Shown here: piece by piece, positions 15,612 to 18,256 of the stretch
Layout of the letters: the number at the start of each line of letters is the position of its first letter
Position numbering within the stretch: position 1 is the stretch's first letter
From: a virus
Lineage: Duplodnaviria > Heunggongvirae > Uroviricota > Caudoviricetes
Virus record (IMG/VR): IMGVR_UViG_2778261299_000001
Coordinates: 1 to 18,256 of that record
Strand: one strand, 5' to 3'
DNA length: 18,256 bases
Notes under the pieces: model-generated
The model's database searches: none
What the model saw: only the letters and a program-made list of their open reading frames with translations
What the model was told of the DNA's origin: nothing
Position numbers and translations under genes: made by a program

Positions 15612-15687
15612 ACTGCGCTTAGCTGTTTGTCAGGCACAATCACTTCAACATAGGGCGAAGCCTAATCCAATCAGGAGGTTCGCCACT

Positions 15688-16860
15688 ATGGCTCAGGATT
15701 ACCACCACGGGGTGCGCGTTGTTGAAGTCAACGAAGGCACCCGATCTATTACCACGGTGAGCACCGCCATCGTGGGTATGGTCTGCACGGGCGATGATGC
15801 CGATGCAAAAATGTTTCCTCTTAATAAACCCGTGCTGATCACTGATGTGCTGACTGCCAGCGGTAAAGCGGGTGAGTCAGGTACTCTGGCCCGTTCGCTG
15901 GATGCCATCGCTGACCAGGCAAAACCCGTGACCATTGTTGTGCGTGTGCCGCAGGGTGAAACGGAAGACGAAACCACGACCAATATCATCGGCGCAGTGA
16001 CTGCTGAAGGTAAAAAAACAGGTATGAAAGCCCTGTTATCTGCCCAGTCACAGCTCGGCGTTAAACCGCGCATTCTCGGCGTGCCAGGCCACGACACCAA
16101 GGCGGTAGCTACTGAGTTGCTGAGCGTGGCGCAAAGCCTGCGTGGATTTGCTTACCTGTCAGCGTATGGCTGCAAGACAGTGCAGGAGGCGATCACTTAC
16201 CGCGAAAACTTCAGCCAGCGCGAAGGGATGCTGATCTGGCCTGACTTTACTGGCTGGGACACGGTGCTGAATGCCGAAGCAACGGCATATGCCACCGCCC
16301 GTGCGCTTGGTCTGCGCGCCAAAATTGACGAGCAGACCGGATGGCACAAAAGCCTGTCCAACGTGGGCGTGAACGGTGTCACCGGAATTTCTGCAGATGT
16401 GTTCTGGGATCTGCAGGACCCGGCAACCGATGCAGGTCTGCTGAACCAGAACGACGTCACCACGCTTGTGCGTAAAGACGGTTTCCGCTTCTGGGGTTCC
16501 CGCTGCCTGAGTGATGACCCGCTCTTTGCCTTCGAAAACTACACCCGCACGGCGCAGGTGCTGATGGACACGATGGCAGAAGCACACATGTGGGCGGTGG
16601 ATAAACCGCTTAACCCGTCGCTGGCCCGCGACATTATCGAAGGTATCCGCGCCAAAATGCGCAGCCTGGTCAGTCAGGGCTATCTCATTGGTGGTGATTG
16701 CTGGCTGGATGAGTCGGTGAACGACAAAGACACGCTGAAAGCCGGAAAACTCACCATCGACTACGACTACACGCCAGTGCCGCCACTTGAAAACCTGATG
16801 CTGCGTCAGCGCATCACCGATCAGTACCTGGTGAATTTCGCCAGCCAGGTCAGCGCGTAA
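15688..16860 (+). CDS. FI: contractile tail sheath protein, P2 gpFI-like
   Basis: 390-codon ORF with strong ribosome-binding site, first gene after the late promoter box. Size and position match P2 FI. Confidence 0.9.
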   Translation: MAQDYHHGVRVVEVNEGTRSITTVSTAIVGMVCTGDDADAKMFPLNKPVLITDVLTASGKAGESGTLARSLDAIADQAKPVTIVVRVPQGETEDETTTNIIGAVTAEGKKTGMKALLSAQSQLGVKPRILGVPGHDTKAVATELLSVAQSLRGFAYLSAYGCKTVQEAITYRENFSQREGMLIWPDFTGWDTVLNAEATAYATARALGLRAKIDEQTGWHKSLSNVGVNGVTGISADVFWDLQDPATDAGLLNQNDVTTLVRKDGFRFWGSRCLSDDPLFAFENYTRTAQVLMDTMAEAHMWAVDKPLNPSLARDIIEGIRAKMRSLVSQGYLIGGDCWLDESVNDKDTLKAGKLTIDYDYTPVPPLENLMLRQRITDQYLVNFASQVSA

Positions 16861-16869
16861 GGGGACAAC

Positions 16870-17385
16870 ATGGCTTTACCACGCAAATTAAAACACCTGA
16901 ACCTGTTTAACGACGGGAACAACTGGCAGGGGATCGTTGAGTCGCTGACGCTGCCGAAATTTACCCGCAAATATGAGAAGTATCGCGGCGGCGGAATGCC
17001 GGGTGCGGTGGATGTGGATCTGGGGCTTGATGACAGTGCGCTGGACACAGAATTTTCCATTGGTGGTACTGAATTGCTGCTGTTTAAACAGATGGGTAAA
17101 GCCACGGTGGATGGCATCCAGCTGCGCTTTACCGGCTCTATTCAGCGTGACGATACCGGGGAAGTGCAGGCCGTGGAGCTTGTCGTGCGTGGACGTCACA
17201 AAGAAGTGGATTCCGGCGAGTGGAAGACGGGCGAAAGCAACACCACCAAAGTGACCAGTACCAACAGCTACGCGAAGCTGACCATCAATGGTGAGGTGCT
17301 CTATGAAGTGGACCTTATCAACATGGTGGAAATTGTGGACGGTGTGGACCTGATGGAAGCGCACCGCAACGCCCTCGGCCTCTGA
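16870..17385 (+). CDS. FII: tail tube protein, P2 gpFII-like
   Basis: 171-codon ORF directly after the sheath gene; size matches P2 FII. Confidence 0.85.
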   Translation: MALPRKLKHLNLFNDGNNWQGIVESLTLPKFTRKYEKYRGGGMPGAVDVDLGLDDSALDTEFSIGGTELLLFKQMGKATVDGIQLRFTGSIQRDDTGEVQAVELVVRGRHKEVDSGEWKTGESNTTKVTSTNSYAKLTINGEVLYEVDLINMVEIVDGVDLMEAHRNALGL

Positions 17386-17396
17386 TATATCTGAAC

Positions 17397-17414
17397 GGCG
17401 CGGGATACCGCGCC
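17397..17414 (+). terminator. GC-rich hairpin (GGCGCGG-gata-CCGCGCC) between tube gene and E; possible attenuator rather than full terminator
   Basis: Perfect 7-bp GC stem with 4-nt loop, 12 nt after the FII stop. No U-tract follows, so an intrinsic-terminator call is weak. Confidence 0.25.
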
Positions 17415-17439
17415 AGAACCCAATTGACAGGACAGCAAA

Positions 17440-17742
17440 ATGAGCGATAAGCAGACTGAAAAGACCATTCAACTGGATACCCCCATCAAGCGCGGTAAAA
17501 CAGAAATCACCGAAATTGTGCTGCGTAAACCGCAGTCCGGTGCGCTGCGCGGTACACGCCTGCAGGCCATTATGGATATGGATGTGAACGCGATGATGAC
17601 CGTGATCCCCCGCATCTCCAGTCCGGCACTGACTGCACAGGAAATTGCAGAGATGGACCCGGCAGATCTCACTGCCATGTCGGTTGAGGTTGTCACTTTT
17701 TTGTTGAAGAAGTCGGTGCTTGCCGGTTTACCGACAGCCTGA
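17440..17742 (+). CDS. E: tail assembly chaperone, P2 gpE-like (zero-frame product)
   Basis: 100-codon ORF after the tube gene that contains the T6G slippery site near its 3' end. Confidence 0.75.
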   Translation: MSDKQTEKTIQLDTPIKRGKTEITEIVLRKPQSGALRGTRLQAIMDMDVNAMMTVIPRISSPALTAQEIAEMDPADLTAMSVEVVTFLLKKSVLAGLPTA

Positions 17743-17876
17743 CGGTTGACGATCTGGTGGCAGATATCGCCACCATTTTTCACTGGCCGCCATCCGTTAC
17801 TGACGTTATGCCGCTGACCGAAGTGCTGGAATGGCGGTATAAAGCGATTCAGAGAAGCGGGGCCAACGATGAGTGA
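17440..17876 (+). CDS. E+E' frameshift fusion product (tail assembly chaperone extended form)
   Basis: Zero frame to the slippery site, then -1 frame (GTT GAA GAA GTC ...) for 57 codons to TGA 17874-17876, overlapping the T start at 17869. Analogous to P2 E/E' and lambda G/GT. Confidence 0.6.
17697..17703 (+). promoter_or_regulatory. programmed -1 ribosomal frameshift slippery heptamer T TTT TTG (E/E')
   Basis: TTTTTTG read directly at 17697-17703, in the E frame as ACT TTT TTG. The -1 frame is open from here to TGA at 17874-17876. Confidence 0.65.
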
Positions 17877-18204
17877 TAACAACCTGCGTCTGCGGGTCAT
17901 TCTTAATGCGGTTGACAAGCTCACCCGCCCATTTCGATCTGCGCAGGCCAGTTCAAGAGAACTGGCTGCTGCTGTCAAAAAATCCCGCGATGCAATAAAG
18001 CAGCTTGATCAGGCCGGGAGCAGTCTGGACAGCTTCCGAAAGCTGCAGGCAGAAAATCAGAAATTAGGCGACAGGCTGAACTATGCCCGCCAGCGTGCAA
18101 ATTTGCTCAGTCAGGAACTGGGAGCGATGGGGCCGCCTTCGCAACGTCAGGTTGTTGCTCTGGGCCGTCAACGGCTGGCTGTGTGTGTCACGAAGGAGAA
18201 CTGA
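17869..18204 (+). CDS. T: tail tape measure protein N-terminal portion (P2 gpT-like); reading frame ends prematurely at 111 codons
   Basis: Starts at ATG overlapping the E' stop, with a coiled-coil-like N-terminus in the T position. Tape measures in this family are several hundred residues, but here TGA at 18202 is followed by TAG and all three frames are closed shortly afterwards. Confidence 0.6.
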   Translation: MSDNNLRLRVILNAVDKLTRPFRSAQASSRELAAAVKKSRDAIKQLDQAGSSLDSFRKLQAENQKLGDRLNYARQRANLLSQELGAMGPPSQRQVVALGRQRLAVCVTKEN

Positions 18205-18256
18205 TAGCGGCAATATGAAAATTGCAGCATAAGTTATCCATGCTCTGAGGTGGGTG

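Noticed and set aside
16888-17472. 194-codon minus-strand ORF antisense to the tail tube gene and a 169-codon one (17469-17978) antisense to E and T
   Set aside because: Antisense to conserved late genes in a region with a strong sense-strand gene chain; no independent support.
1-18256. CRISPR arrays, tRNA or rRNA genes, integrase or attachment sites
   Set aside because: No regularly spaced direct repeats, no cloverleaf-like segments, and no tyrosine-integrase-like ORF seen. The only recombinase is the small serine invertase, which is not an integrase.

Overview
This window is the late (morphogenesis and lysis) region of a P2-like myovirus prophage in canonical P2 gene order. Portal (Q) and large terminase (P) are on the minus strand. 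On the plus strand follow scaffold (O), major capsid (N), small terminase (M), head completion (L), X, a small holin, a SAR-type endolysin, LysA/LysB/LysC, tail completion R/S, baseplate V/W/J/I, tail fibre H, tail-fibre assembly G, sheath FI, tube FII, chaperone E/E' with a T6G -1 frameshift site, and the start of tape measure T. Perfect TGT-N12-ACA dyads, the hallmark of Ogr-activated P2 late promoters, sit upstream of O, V and FI. Two accessory blocks interrupt the conserved backbone. (1) At the left edge, a roughly 950-bp strongly AT-rich block carries a gene for an uncharacterised two-transmembrane-helix protein, beside the portal gene at the position of the P2 old/tin variable locus. This is my best candidate for a new defence or exclusion determinant, but its 5' end and any partner genes lie outside the window. 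(2) Between G and FI, a Gin/Hin/Pin-family serine invertase and a pair of 26-bp inverted crossover sites bracket the 3' end of H, the G gene and a promoterless alternative fibre-tip cassette, forming a Mu G-segment-like host-range switch. The T ORF stops after 111 codons and the sequence changes character at the right edge, suggesting an insertion or truncation. No rRNA, tRNA or CRISPR array was seen. All homology statements are from reading the translations and from memory of P2/Mu/lambda proteins; no database search was run.
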